From: Eledone cirrhosa
Taxonomy: Eukaryota
Length of the DNA stretch: 64,000 bases
NCBI GenBank assembly: GCA_964016885.1
Contig: OZ024745.1
Location: 76,694,001-76,758,000, forward strand
Direction of reading: 5' to 3'
Part shown: piece after piece, positions 38,281 to 51,589 of the stretch
Numbering within the stretch: position 1 is the stretch's first letter
How the letters are laid out: each line of letters begins with the position of its first letter
The notes under the pieces: generated by a model
The model's database searches: none
Told to the model about the DNA's origin: nothing
Seen by the model: only the letters and a program-made list of their open reading frames with translations
Program-made: the position numbers and the translations under genes

Positions 38281-38422
38281 ATTCATTTATTATGGCTAAG
38301 CCTTGTTACTCTGGAGTCTCACCTGCGTACTCACAGGATCATCAGATAAGACTGCTGATCCTGTGAGTGCGCAGGTGAAACTTTAGTGTAACAAAGCTCA
38401 TCAATAGCCATAATAAATGAAT
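38281..38422. repeat. ~140-bp imperfect palindrome made of two inverted degenerate hammerhead motifs
   Basis: Ends attcatttattatggcta / tagccataataaatgaat. Minus: CTGATGA-TCCTG..CAGGT-GAGAC-TCCAGA-GTA. Plus: CTGCTGA-TCCTG..CAGGT-GAAAC-TTTAGT-GTA. Confidence 0.75.
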
Positions 38423-38509
38423 GTATATATATATATAGGGGATGAATAAATAAATTGGGTATAATATTAGTTTCTTACAAAATGGGAAGAAGCTCGATAT
38501 ATTAACCCC

Positions 38510-38715
38510 TTAGTATCGGTAGAGCATCAGACACCATGCTTTGCAGCATAGAGTTATGACCCTTTACGTTCTGTGTTTAAATCCCGCCGAAGTTAACTTT
38601 GCCTTTCATCCTTACGGGGTCAATAAAATAAAACACCAGTAATGCACTGAGGTCGATTTAATCGATTTTTCCCCTCTCCCAAAATTGCTGGCCTTGTGAC
38701 TATAGTAGAAATCAT
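38510..38715 (+). mobile_element. SINE family 1 copy
   Basis: Same core and tail motifs as the other copies. Confidence 0.8.
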
Positions 38716-38759
38716 TATTATTCACTTTTGAATGCATTTGCGTATCCGTTATAGTAGAG

Positions 38760-39270
38760 CGAAAACAATTTTTGTTTTTAATTTTCGGCCAAGCCGAAAT
38801 CTCCAGATGATCAATTGGATCCTCAATCCAGACCAACTTATAACACCCGGCTTATGGATGTTAGCCAATTATTTTACTTTTGGTCTACCTCTGGTTCTCC
38901 CACCGTTTAACTTTACTAGTACAATCTTTCCAGCGATTCTTTCCTTAGACATTCTAGAAACATGGTCGTTGTACCGGAGCTATGATCTCTCGATACTGAG
39001 AATTAACGGCTCTAACTAGAGCGACTCGCTGTTCTTTGAGCTACAGACTCTGTGGAGTAAATTTACTCCAAAGACTCTTCGGGGGAACCCCATTTCGTCC
39101 ACTTGTATTCGCAATTGTATTCATTCGATCATTACCCAAGATTCGTGTTAAGTGTAGGCATGAACACTGAATTGAAAATAGTGAATTTCACTTTTACATT
39201 TACACTTCTTCTGATGACCGAGTACTGAAGCTGGTACATTACTGCTCCAGCTCAAGCAGTTCTTGCATAT
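38760..39270 (-). mobile_element. Degenerate RTE-like LINE 3' relic
   Basis: Minus-strand translation includes HVSRMSKERIAGKIVLVKLNGGRTRGRPK, typical of the RTE C-terminus. Confidence 0.6.
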
Positions 39271-39754
39271 AATTTAACCTCCTGCTTTCAAATGGTTTTA
39301 ATTCATTACTTTCATGGAATATATTCTTACGACTTCATAACTTAAAATGTTAGCTTAAATAAATATTGCTGTTTTAAAGCTAAAAGTATGAAGAAAATTT
39401 AATATATTATGTACAACTTATGCAATTTGACAGCAGATGACAAAAGTGAAAACGTTTAGAAAGTCGCCTTTGATTTGCTATCGCTAGCACAAGTAGAAAT
39501 AATTTAAGAGACATACAAAAAAAAAAAAAAATTATATATATATATATTCACATATATTTTTATTTGTTTGACCCGAATTACTTGGTCGTTCTTTTGGCTG
39601 TGCGGATGATTGTTTAACCATCGTCTCAGTGTGTTTGGCCTTTAACGTATGTTGTAGCTCTGGTTCATCTGAATCATTGAGCGCTTGCCACACATCTCGG
39701 AAGTTGTTTTTCGTTAATTCCTAAGCCGAAATACGATTCTCGCTAATTTATATT

Positions 39755-39813
<59 letters not shown>

Positions 39814-40814
39814 GGAATAGAATGAAACGAAATTTCATTTCTCACTCTTAGTACGGCACTTACTTAAATGTAAGTATGTATGTATGTATACGTACATACA
39901 CATATGTATACAGACGTACAATAGTATGTATATATATATACATACATGCACACATATATATATGCACGTATCGGTTTATCGAACATTTATTATAATGCTC
40001 GGTTTGTTTGTTTGTAAACAAACAAACAGCCCGAATTACGCCGTACAGTGTTTAGGCAACCACTGACACAGGAACGATGTACTAGTTTGAAGCTTATTAG
40101 CTATCGTCAGCATCGTATACCTTCCTGCCAGATGGTTGAAGGTCTGAAAGTATATACTGTGCTTAAGTAAACCTAAGTACAATGGTAAATCCGGCACTGT
40201 TTACACTCACCACCTGATTTTGTTTCCTAGCTATCTTAATAATGTATAGTTGACAGAGAAACATTTTTGAAGCCTAAGATTAGGATTATCTCAATGAAAA
40301 TATCATTTTAGATTATACAAAATCCTATGTTGCTATAGACAATCGATGTCATTATCCTGACTGATATTTTTCATTACAAACATGAAATTGGAGAGCAACC
40401 TTTTAAGATTTTCGAGTTTACATTTACCTTGATTACAGATAATGAACGAAAACATACAATAATGAAAACATTAATGAATAGAAATATGCAATAATAAAAC
40501 TCCTTAAAATATTTGTTTATATTTTTCATCTGTAAAATCGTTATCTACATTTTTAAAAATGTATTTCTGCAATATTTCATTTTAAAATATGCATTATTAA
40601 GAAAGCTATGAAAAAAACAAATATTGGTGGAAGTTGGAGGCACTAAACAGCCCTATGGTAATGTAAAAAAACATATTCAAAATAACTGAACAAATCATTG
40701 AGAATCATTTGCGGAGATTGTCTTCTGCTTCAGTTAAATACAAGACAGAGTGTTAAAAAATAGTTTGGATGAATTGTCAAATCCCAAAGCCCTGGCCAAG
40801 AAGCATTATTTCTC

Positions 40815-41320
40815 GGTGGATTGGCAGTATCGGTAGAGGGTCGGACGCCATGCTTTCCAGCAGAGTTACGTCCCTTTACGATCTGAGTTCAAATCCTGCC
40901 GAGGTTGACTTTGCCTTTCATCCTTACGGGGTCGATAAAATAAAGTACCAGTGATGCACTGGGTAATTGCTGGCCTTGTGCCTAAAGTAGAAACAATTTT
41001 TTCTCCTGCCGAGGTTAACTTTACCTTTCATCCTTACGGGGTCGATAAAATAAAGTACCAGTAATGCACTGGGTAATTGCTGGCCTTGTGCCAAAAGTAG
41101 AAACAATTATTTCTTTTAATTCTTTTAAAAGTCGGTGGATTGGCAGTATCGGTAGAGGGTCGGACGCCATGCTTTGACGCATAGAGTTACGGCCCTTGCC
41201 ATTCTGAGTTCAAATCCCGTCGAGGTTAACTTTGCCTTTCATCCTTACGGGGTCGATAAAATAAAGTACCAGTAATGAACTGGGTAATTGCTGGCCTTGT
41301 GCAAAAAGTAGAAACAATTA
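40815..41320 (+). mobile_element. Three tandem SINE family 1 copies (middle copy 5'-truncated)
   Basis: Repeated ggtggattggcagtatcggtagagggtcggacgcc...gagttcaaatcc...ggccttgtgc. Confidence 0.88.
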
Positions 41321-41719
41321 TTTCTTTTAATTCTTCTGATAAAAACGATGGTCTTCGTACAATGATCAGATATTGAGTAAGCACAATACATGAACACAAT
41401 TTTTTCTTCAATTATAATCAAATTAGGTTATAATTAGATGCTTAAATGCTCCTATGGTATATGATACTGTAAATTGTATGTTTACTAAATTTTGCAAAAG
41501 ATTACACAAAAAAAACCCCCAAAAAACAAAAATTTTATTTCTATCGTAATCAAGTGTGCTAAACCTATATTGTTTACATTCTGTGTTTTTCTACGGATGG
41601 TCAGAAATAACAAAATTGCCATGGTGATATCCATGGATGAAGTATGCGACAAAACTGGTCGATGTTCCAAAATAGAACATTGCCCAGAAAATCACACCTG
41701 CCATATTTGTACGGAACCC

Positions 41720-42976
41720 GAAAACTCGTTGTTTACCTTGACTTTGCTAAGGCTTTTAATTCTGTGCCACACAAAAGACTTATGGTGAAACTCTCTACAA
41801 TGGGTGTGAAGGATGGTCTTTTTAACTGGTTGAAATCCTTCATTCTCAGCCGAAAAGAGGTAGTCACAGTTCTAGGACAGCATTCTTCACCATATGAGAT
41901 GTCATCTGGTGTGCCACAGGGGTCTGTTCTTGGTCCCCTTTTGTTTGTTGCATACATTAATGACATAGATGCCAACTTAAAGAATGCCACAGTACTTAAA
42001 TATGCAGATGACATCAAGCTGTACCTTGAAATCAAAAGGACAGATCCTGAAATCTATAACTCTTTCCTACAATCAGACCTGGACACAATGCAGCAATGGA
42101 TCACAGACTGGCAACTGAAGCTGGCTGTGGACAAGTGTACCACCATGCATTTTGGGAGGAAAAATCCAGCGTCCACATACTCCCTCCACAATACTGATAT
42201 CAAGAAGTCCTCTTGTGAACGTGACCTGAGCATTACTGTCAGCAGCGATTTGCGTTGGACAAAGCACATCTCTAAAATTGTCAAGAAGACCGAGGGTGTC
42301 TTGGCATCACTCAGAAAGACCTTTGTTAGCCGCTCTCCAGCCATCTATTTAAAGCTGTATACAGCTATGGTACGACCACACTTGGAATTCGCATCATCAG
42401 TCTGGAACCTCTATTTTGCTCAGAACATTGACCTCCTGGAAACTGTTCAGAGACGTGCAACCAAGCGCATACCCTCCATCAGACACCTACCATACTTTGA
42501 GCGCCTTGCTTCCCTGGGCATGGATTCATTGAAGCTCCGACGTCTGGCAATGGACTTGGTAAACACCCACAAAGTTATTAACCATTTCGCCAACAACCCT
42601 GAGCACTTTTTGATCTCCATGTGTCTAACACACGTGGACATGCCTACAAAGTCAGAAAACAGCACAGCTCCCATGACTTTCGGAAACATTTTTTCACACT
42701 TAAAGTTGCTGAAGCATGGAACAAACTGCCTGCGTCAGTTGTTAGCTGCCGAGACACTGCATCCTTTAAAACTCTCATGCTTCCCGAAATTTGCCAAAAC
42801 TACACCTGACGTTCCCCTTCCATACACATGCACACATGTGTATATCATGACTCATGCTCTGTTCATTTTCCTGACGTTTGTACATTACCCTATGTACTAT
42901 ACATACACTTTTGATGAGTTGTAGTGCACCTGAGCACTGTACACAATATTTTCATTATTATCATTATTATTATTAT
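41720..42976 (+). mobile_element. 5'-truncated CR1-like LINE (RT C-terminal half)
   Basis: VYLDFAKAFNSVPH, SGVPQGSVLGPLLF, YADD, VRPHLEFA, VQRRATK, and TRGHAYK after a frameshift. Ends in a (TTA)n tail at about 42955-42976. Confidence 0.9.
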
Positions 42977-43024
42977 GCTAAGCCAGAGTAACATAAATTA
43001 ACTCCCCTTCTCATGTTCTAATAT

Positions 43025-43447
43025 ATCATCATCATCATCGTCATTTTACATCCGCTTTTCCCTGCTTGTAAGGGTGGACGGGAACTGATTCTGGCTTGAT
43101 TTCTACAGCTGGATGCCCTTCCTAACACCAACCTCATTTACAGTGAGTGCTGGGTGCTTTTTTACCGTGGCGCCTACACGTCCACTTTACAGTGTGGGCT
43201 GGGTACTTTTTTGCCGTGGCACCTCCACATCCACTTTACAGTGTAGGCTGGGTGCACCTCCACGACCACTTTGCAGTGGAATGATATGGACCCCGGTCCC
43301 TATCATCTCATTTCTACAGCTGAGTAAACTGGAGCAATGTGAAATAAAGTGTCTTGCTCAAGGAAACAACACATCACCCGGTCTGAGAATTGAACTCACA
43401 ACCTTTCGATTGCAAGGCCAATGCTCTAACCACTAAGTCATGTGCCT
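43025..43447 (-). mobile_element. tRNA-derived SINE family 2 with RTE-derived tail
   Basis: Minus-strand head gaggcacatgacttagtggttagagc...gtgagttcaattc, core tgtttccttgagcaagacactt, tail cagggaaaagcggatgtaaaatgacgatgatgatg. Confidence 0.85.
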
Positions 43448-43459
43448 CCATATACATAT

Positions 43460-45205
43460 ATCATCATCATCGTCATTTTACGTCCGCTTTTCCCTGCTTG
43501 CAAGGGTTGTACGGATCCTATTCAGCACAGCATCTCTCCACTTGTCACGGTCCTTCGTCATCTCCTCGGTGAGTTTCAGCAATCTGAGGTCTGCTCTCAC
43601 CACCTCCGCCCATGTTTTTCGTGGTCTACCTCTACTGTGTCTTCCTTCTACTGGGATTTCTTGGCACTTCTTTACCCAGCGGTCATCCTCCATCCTCCAT
43701 GTCCATACCATCTCAGCCTTCTCTCCTGCACACCACAACTTATCCCTCTTATACACAGTTTCTTTCTCAACTCGTCTATGCTTGGTCGTTCACGCACATT
43801 GGCATTACACATCCAACGGAGCATACTTGCTTCATTTCTCTCCAGCCGTCTCATATCTTCTGCAGTTGCTGCCCATGTCTCACTACCATGCAGCATCGCG
43901 CATCTCACGCAGGCATCATATAACCTTCCTTTTGTACGCAAGGAGAAACCCTTCTTAGTCAACAGAGGAAGCAGCTCCCTAAACTTCTTCCAACCCGTCC
44001 TTATTCTAGATACTATGACCTAGGTACCGGAAGCTATCAACCACTTCTATAGAACTCACCTGCATTGGAAAAATGTGTCTATCACTGCGATTACTACTGC
44101 CAAATTTCCCTGTACATCTACTGCATACGTAGTTTTCCCTACCTGTTAGTTTGCCTGCTATTCCACTACATCTCTTGTGTACCCAAGATCTGCATTGTGT
44201 AAATTTTATGGAATTTATGCCAGTTCCTTTCCTACTTATCGAACATGGCCATTTCCCTGATGGAATCAGAGTATTGTCCTCTCTTCTACTTATCAACACT
44301 TTTGTTTTAGCTATGTTCACTCTCAGGCCTCTTGATTCCAACTGCTGTTTCCATAGCCAGAATTTATTCTCTAGCTCCTTTACTGATTCTGCTATAAGAA
44401 CCAGATCATCAGCATAGAGAAGTTCCCATGGGCAGCCAGTCTTAAACTCCTCTTGAAGGACTATAATGAACAAGAGCGGGCTGAGGACCGAACCCTGATG
44501 TATTCCTACTTGTATCTGGAATTCCTCACGAAACTCCATTCCTATTCTCACTTTACTGACAGCACCCCTGTACATAGCTTGCACTGTCCTCACAAGCCAT
44601 TCCTTTACACCTAGTTTCCTTAGGGACCACCAGATGATAGATCGGGGTACCCTATCAAAGGCCTTCTCTAGGTCAACAAAAGCTAAGTATAGTGGCTTAT
44701 TCTTCTCTAAGAACCTCTCTTGTAGTTACCTCACTAAGAAGAGGGCATCTGTTGTACTTTTCGAGGCACAAAACCAAACTGCATCTCATCTAATTTGAGC
44801 CTTTCTCTAATCAGTTGCGCTAATATTCTCTCTGCCACTTTCATAACCTGATCCATCAGCTTTATGCCCATATAATTGCTCCTCTCTAGAGCATCCCCTT
44901 TACCTTTGTAGCAATTTATGAGAATACTGCTGCACCAGTCTTTGGGTATGACACCACCATATATACCTTGATTAATGATGCGTGCAACCAGTTTAGTTCC
45001 TACTTCTCCTGATGCCTTCAGCATCTCAGCAACTATCCCAGACGGTCCAGCAGCCTTACCATTTTTCATTTCCTTAATTGCTTCTTTGACCCTATATTTG
45101 TCAATCTCAATAGCTGGTCCCTCTGTCGGGTCTACTGGGGGTAATTCCTCTCTGTCCCATTCGTTCTCCACATCATTCATCAGTCTCTCATAATGACATT
45201 TCCAA
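43460..45205 (-). mobile_element. 5'-truncated, frameshifted RTE-clade LINE
   Basis: GKAAGPSG, QFGFVP, GIHQGSVLSPLLF, ELLYADD, MLHGSETW, RRLRWYGH and RGRPRKTW motifs; (GAT)n tail. Confidence 0.92.
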
Positions 45206-45230
45206 TATATATATAATTGTGTGTATATAT

Positions 45231-45330
<100 letters not shown>

Positions 45331-46404
45331 ATATTTATTAAAATAACAGATTAAAGTTTAAGCAAAGAATCGCTGCTTTCACCCTTATATATTTTCCTTA
45401 TCGAGCCCTCTTTGGATTTTAGTCTTCAATTTTATTATTATCACTATATATATGTATATATATATATATAAATCAAGATGGATTCAGTAAGAAACTGGTT
45501 AGAGCATTACTCACCAGAGTACTTGATACTTGGTGTATTAGTGTATGGCTATATGAATGAGTCAGGACTCTGTATTACCATCCAGTTGTGATGCCAGCAG
45601 ACATATGAACCTTTGCAACATCCTTTGTATTTTCAAGCAGGTTGTATTTTCTAGGTGCTTGGTCAGTTTCTGCAATACTATTGCAGTTAAACTTTTGTAT
45701 GTAGTAGGCAGGCATGTTATTGGCCTGTGGTTTTGAGGGTTTAATGTGTCATTATTCTTAGAGATCAGAGTGGTTTTCCCATTTGTGACACAGTCATGTA
45801 TTTTTCTGGCTCTGTCTGCATCTTGTCAAATTTTTTTTTGCCAGTACCAATACACCATGTGTTAAATATTTCAATTTCAACCAAAGGTTTGGGATCTTAT
45901 CATGCCCCATTGCTTTCCAGTTGCAATTTGAGAATGAAGGCATGATGGTTGACTAGTGTTGATGCTATATCACAATGACCCATAACAAGTTCCTAAGAAA
46001 AAAAACTCATTCACAACACTTTAAAAAACATCTATAATACATATTCTTCCATTTCATATGTATCTCATGTGATATAAAAAATCATTAAAATAAATTAAGT
46101 GTTGTGCATTTCAGTTGAAGCAAAAAATAAATTTTGTATAAAATATCATTTAATACACTTATTGAGAAAAATAAAAACTGTCATATTTCAAAACGTAGAT
46201 GTGCTAGGGGAAAACAAAAGACAAATTTTGAATCAATATCCAAATCACATTTGGAAAAGACTAATTTTGTCACATATATAATAGAAAAAGATCTATTTTG
46301 TTTGCCAGAGTAACTGCTTTAGAAATATTCAGAAATGAGAAAGTAGTGTGGGTTTCTGTTAGTGGAATGATTACGGAAATAGCAAGTGAATAACCTAATG
46401 GTAA

Positions 46405-46860
46405 TAATTATTTCTTCTTTTGGTACAAGGCCAGCAATTATCCCAGTACATTACTGCTGCTTTATCTTATCGACCCCGTAAGGATGAAAGGCAAAGTTTA
46501 CCTCGGCTGAATTTGAACTCAGACCATAAAGGGGCGTAACTCTATGCTGCAACGCATGGCTTCTGACCCTCTACCGGTACAGCCAATCCCCCATGATCTA
46601 ATTACAGAAGCCTTGTTTAACTTCAAATATTTCTATGAAAAAATACATTATATTTTTATCTTTCTGGAAAGACTTATTACTAAATTGTTTCTACTTTTGG
46701 CACAAGGCCAGCAATTACCCAGTACATTACTGGTACTTTATTTTATCGACCCCGTAAGAATGAAAGGCAAAGTTAACCTCGGCGAGATTTGAACTCAGGT
46801 CGTAAAGGGACGTAACTCTTTGCGTCAAAGCATGGCGTCCGACCCTCTACGGCCAATCAC
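46405..46860 (-). mobile_element. Two SINE family 1 copies
   Basis: Same diagnostic core at about 46470 and 46750. Confidence 0.8.
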
Positions 46861-47288
46861 TAAATGCTAATCTTTTCTACATCACGAAGCTCCATGGGAA
46901 CTGGTTTTTAACTATGCCTTTCAATATCATTAGTAGATGCAGAGAAGTTTGTTCCTACTATATCTTATTTTCCTAGGTACTGTGCACCCAAATGACATTA
47001 TCCAATGTGTTCTACAGTGTGATCTAAATGAAATTTGGCTGCTATTTATAAAGAAAATGAATAACCATATAGGGTCTCTCATTGGCTCATTGCAAGTATT
47101 TTTTTCTTGCAAGAAAAATTTAAAGGTTAAAGTGATTTGTTGGTGTTAAATTGTATAGTGTAATACTGTTTTGCTTACTTTGATGAATTGCCACATAGTT
47201 CCTACTGACAGTCTTCAACTGGATTGCTTCAGTCCATCTGATTTCAGACTGGTTCAGCCTAATGACAACAATGATATATATATATATA

Positions 47289-48174
47289 CAGGGTGCGCAC
47301 GATATTTGTTCACAATTTTCAACTGTTAATTTTATGCAAATTTTTTTTACTTCCGTTGTCACTCTTGTTTTCATAAAAACAGTCACTATATTTCCATTAT
47401 TTATTTTCAGAATAATTGATTATGAATAATTTTGAACCTCCAAATTTGTGGAAGAGACACTGAGTTTTTCTTGGAATCCGCGCCGGGAGGACAAATAAGG
47501 CCAGAAGATCAACTCCCAGAACAACAGGTGGCCCACTGTCTCATCCAAAGACGTGCCCAGAGTCATGCAGACAAAGTTTCCAGCGATAACATTGGTCTTA
47601 GGTGTCGTCAGCTGTCAAGGTGGCGTCATGCCACCTCACATCTTCCCTGAGGGCCTCAAGCTGAACACCGATGGCTACATCCACATTCTGAGCGAAGTAG
47701 TAAAGCCCTAGATCGACCAGATAGCTGCAGGTAGGCCGTACGTGTGGCAGCAAGACTCAGCGCCCTGCCATACCAGCCAAAAGACCCAAGCCTGGCTGTC
47801 AGAGAATTTCGTCGGCCACACTTCACCTGACATCTGGCCTCCCAGCTCGTCTGACTGCAACTCCCTTGACTTCTTTGTGTAGGGCGCAGTGGAACAAGAC
47901 ACCAACAGATCTAGCTGCAATACGAAAGACGATCTGAAGGCCAGGATCACAAGTGCCTTTAGGTGCCTAAGTCGGGGAACAGTGACGAAGGCCTGTAGCC
48001 GGTTCCGAGGCCGCCTTGAAGCCGTCATTAAAGCCAATGGCGGGTTTATTGAGTGAGATCGAAAGAAGTCATGAAGACAAACTGACCCAAGTTTGATAAA
48101 TAAATCTTAAAAAATAAAACTAGTGTGTTATCTTTTCCTAGACAGTAATCTTGCGAACAAATATCGTCCGCACC

Positions 48175-48177
<3 letters not shown>
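47289..48177 (+). mobile_element. Internally deleted Tc1/mariner-superfamily DNA transposon, DD37D (maT) type
   Basis: TIRs cagggtgcgcacgatatttgttcacaa / ttgcgaacaaatatcgtccgcaccctg with TA flanks. The remnant WQQDSAPCH...WPPSSSDCNSLDFFV* has 37 residues between the last two catalytic Asp and an in-frame stop. Confidence 0.9.
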
Positions 48178-48217
<40 letters not shown>

Positions 48218-48537
48218 GAAACACACAGATACATATGTGTGTGTCCGCATGTATCTGTGTGTTTCTAAATATATTAATAACTCCCTCTGGTCGAGCAATC
48301 TTTGAAGTGTGGGGACAACTGGAAAGCTTCCATTACTCATACTTCTCGCCTTCTTCACTACCTCTTCTGCGGCCTCGATATGAATGCCCCCTCCGCCTCC
48401 GTGGTATTTTCTTCGTGGTTATAGGAGGCTTAGCTCTGTTTCTCGACCGTTATATCGCGTGACTATCTCCCCCTCCGCCTTTTGGGATTCTTTCTCACGT
48501 CGTGTAGACGCGTTCTTGAGACTAGTAAAATGAGGTA

Positions 48538-48625
48538 TCCTCTTGATAAGTCGGCAGACCTCGCAAGGACTCTATATCTTTGATATATTGTTTTTGTTTA
48601 TGCCACGAAACTACGTAGTCGAGGA
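48538..48625 (+). ncRNA. Type I hammerhead ribozyme motif, U3-A8 core variant, copy 1
   Basis: TCCTC-TTGATAA-GTCGGCA...TGCCAC-GAAAC-TACGTA-GTC-GAGGA. Helix I is TCCTC/GAGGA, helix II base is GT(C)GGCA/TGCCAC, and the cleavage triplet is GUC. Confidence 0.7.
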
Positions 48626-49128
48626 ATTTAGGAACAGTTTAGGTATGATACATTTTATTACTAATTATATCTAAATGTTTCTTCTCTCTTCATAATGTAT
48701 TTTTAACTCTGATACTGGTTCAGTCTGGTTCAAACTGAATTGGTCTGTCCCAGTCATTCATTGAGCAACATCGGTGAAGTTGGCACCCTTAACTCACAGT
48801 TGGGTGCGGATGCATTCATGTATATATGTGTGTGTCCGCATGTATCTGTGTGTTTCTAAATATATTAATAACTCCCTCTGGTCGAGCAATCTTTGAAGTG
48901 TGGGGACAACTGGAAAGCTTCCATTACTCATACTTCTCGCCTTCTTCACTACCTCTTCTGCGGCCTCGATATGAATGCCCCCTCCGCCTCCGTGGTATTT
49001 TCTTCGTGGTTATAGGAGGCTTAGCTCTGTTTCTCGACCGTTATATCGCGTGACTATCTCCCCCTCCGCCTTTTGGGATTCTTTCTCACGTCGTGTAGAC
49101 GCGTTCTTGAGACTAGTAAAATGAGGTA

Positions 49129-49216
49129 TCCTCTTGATAAGTCGGCAGACCTCGCAAGGACTCTATATCTTTGATATATTGTTTTTGTTTATGCCACGAA
49201 ACTACGTAGTCGAGGA
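49129..49216 (+). ncRNA. Type I hammerhead ribozyme motif, U3-A8 core variant, copy 2
   Basis: Identical to copy 1, 591 nt downstream. Confidence 0.7.
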
Positions 49217-49285
49217 ATTTAGGAACAGTTTAGGTATGATACATTTTATTACTAATTATATCTAAATGTTTCTTCTCTCTTCATA

Positions 49286-49343
<58 letters not shown>

Positions 49344-50852
49344 TTTGTTTTGGTATCTATGTTCATGTTACATAATTTACCAGTTTGACAAAAAAAAAAG
49401 ATGGATAAACTGGATAGCAGATTTGAAGAAATAAGTACTGATGTCTATATGATTGAGTATATCAAGGTAGCACCCTACCAAAACTGCACTGAAATAACTG
49501 AAACCACTATATGATTTTAAAATATATAAAAAAGTAAACAATAGTACTATGACAAGTGAGTAAAAGTCATTATAATTCATTAGTCTTCTAGCTGGAATAC
49601 ACCATTATAAATATGCACAGCAGTGAGAAATTCAATTTGTAGGCACAAAAGTTTTCTTGGAAATATCTTTCAGCAATTTAAGGGATTAAAGATATGTTTT
49701 TTAGATTAATTATCTGTATTTATAAGTTCTTTAAAGATGAATCTTTGCTGGCAGGGAAAATAGCCATTACACGATGATGATGATGATGATTATGATGATG
49801 CTGATGATGAAAATGAAAATGAAAATGAAAATGAAATTGAAAATGAAGATGATGATGATGATGATGATGATGATGAAAGGTTGGTGCTTCATATCATGTT
49901 ACTATTATTGCATTATGTCCTTGATCAGGATACTGAACTGAGTTGTGTATGTGTATTAAGGCGATAAATATGGCTGATATAAGCAGTGACGACATTTAAA
50001 ATTAATGATTGTTTCATTAGCTTGTAATATATAATTCAAGTGATAATGTAAGGGCTGGAAAATGTAAAGGATAAATCACTACAGTTTTTGTTGGTATTAT
50101 TATTTATTGTTGATTAAGTCCAGCCCTGGCCTAATTGAGCAGATTCACAACTAAAGACGTTTCTGTCAGCCTTGCAGTCTTTTTGTATATTTAGAATCAA
50201 GGCAGTGAATTGGCAAAGTCATTAGAATGTCAGATAGAATGCATTCCAGCTCCCTGTTCAAATCCCAATGAGGCCAACTTAGGCTTTCATAATTTTGAGG
50301 TTGATAAAAAAAAGGAACAGTCAAGTACTAGAGTCGATTCTTCCTCCTCTGTATCCCCACTTCCTGGCAGAAATCAACTGTGTTCACACCTGAAGGGAGA
50401 TGCACTCCACTGGGTTTAAAATGCCCTGGACACATTGTATACTATGATGACCCCCCTTACAATATCTAAAACTACATTATCCAATGCACCCTTCCATCTT
50501 TTAAGTTAAAAGAATGTGATTTGAGAAAATTCAGGCATTATTTCTAGTAATTCAAGCGATCATATCTTGCTTCAGTGATTTCTTCCTATGAAGGCAAAGT
50601 CTTCAGTGATATATCAATACAAAGTTGAGTTATGTAACTAATTACTGAGGCAGCTAATTGGCAGAGTCATTAGAATGTTGGATAGAAAGCTTTGCAATAT
50701 TTATTCTGGCTATCATTTCTCTCAGTTCACATCCCACCAAGATCAACTTTGCTTTTCATCTTTTCTTCAAGGTCAATAAAAACATAAAAAAGTACCAATC
50801 CAATACTGGATAGATTATTTCTCTATATTTCTCACTTCTTTTCTATCAGCCT

Positions 50853-50890
<38 letters not shown>

Positions 50891-51589
50891 GAAGAACTAG
50901 GCTGTGTTCAGATTTGGGCAGGGATGGATTCCTCCAGGATTCAAATATCCAACATACATTGTATGTTGGCACCCCTACAATTCTATCAGTAGTTTTGGGT
51001 TCATCCATACATAACTAACTACTTCTACTACCATTATCCCCATTAACACCAGCAGCACAATCTAAAGCAGAGGCAACAATCAGAGCATTAAGTTCACATG
51101 GATTGCAATGTTGATAGTGCTTGATGATAAAAGTGAGCAGGAAAGAGGAAGAAGAGAAATGTGGTTTAAGAGAAAATATATAGAAGGATTGATAGGAAGT
51201 GGAGAGGTGCATAGATTGTGTCAGATTAGGTGTAAATGACAAGAAGTTAGCAAATACAGAGGAGGCTGTTGTAATAGAAGAGACAAACAAAATATACATC
51301 ATATGAATGGGTTATTTCTCATAGTACCAAAAAGGATATCCTGTTCAGCATCTTTATGCTTGCTTTGCCATTCTGGCATCAGTTGGAAGGGATATTTCGA
51401 GACTGTATTCTATGGTGAGATGTTCTTCCTGATGCCAACCTTTACATATTTTTTGAAGTTAGAGACTGATATTTGCATGTCTAACTGCTGAGCTGCAGAC
51501 AACTTGTGGGACATAAATAAATAGCACCATTAGCACAAGTGGTGACAAATTCAAAGTGAATATACAGATGGAAACACACACACATATAT

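Larger units (their letters stand above)
48232..49290 (+). repeat. ~465-bp direct repeat, two near-identical copies with period 591 bp (Penelope pLTR/retrozyme-like)
   Basis: The sequence from atatgtgtgtgtccgcatg to ctctcttcataatgtat is repeated at about 48232-48700 and 48823-49290. It yields identical spurious ORFs. Confidence 0.93.
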
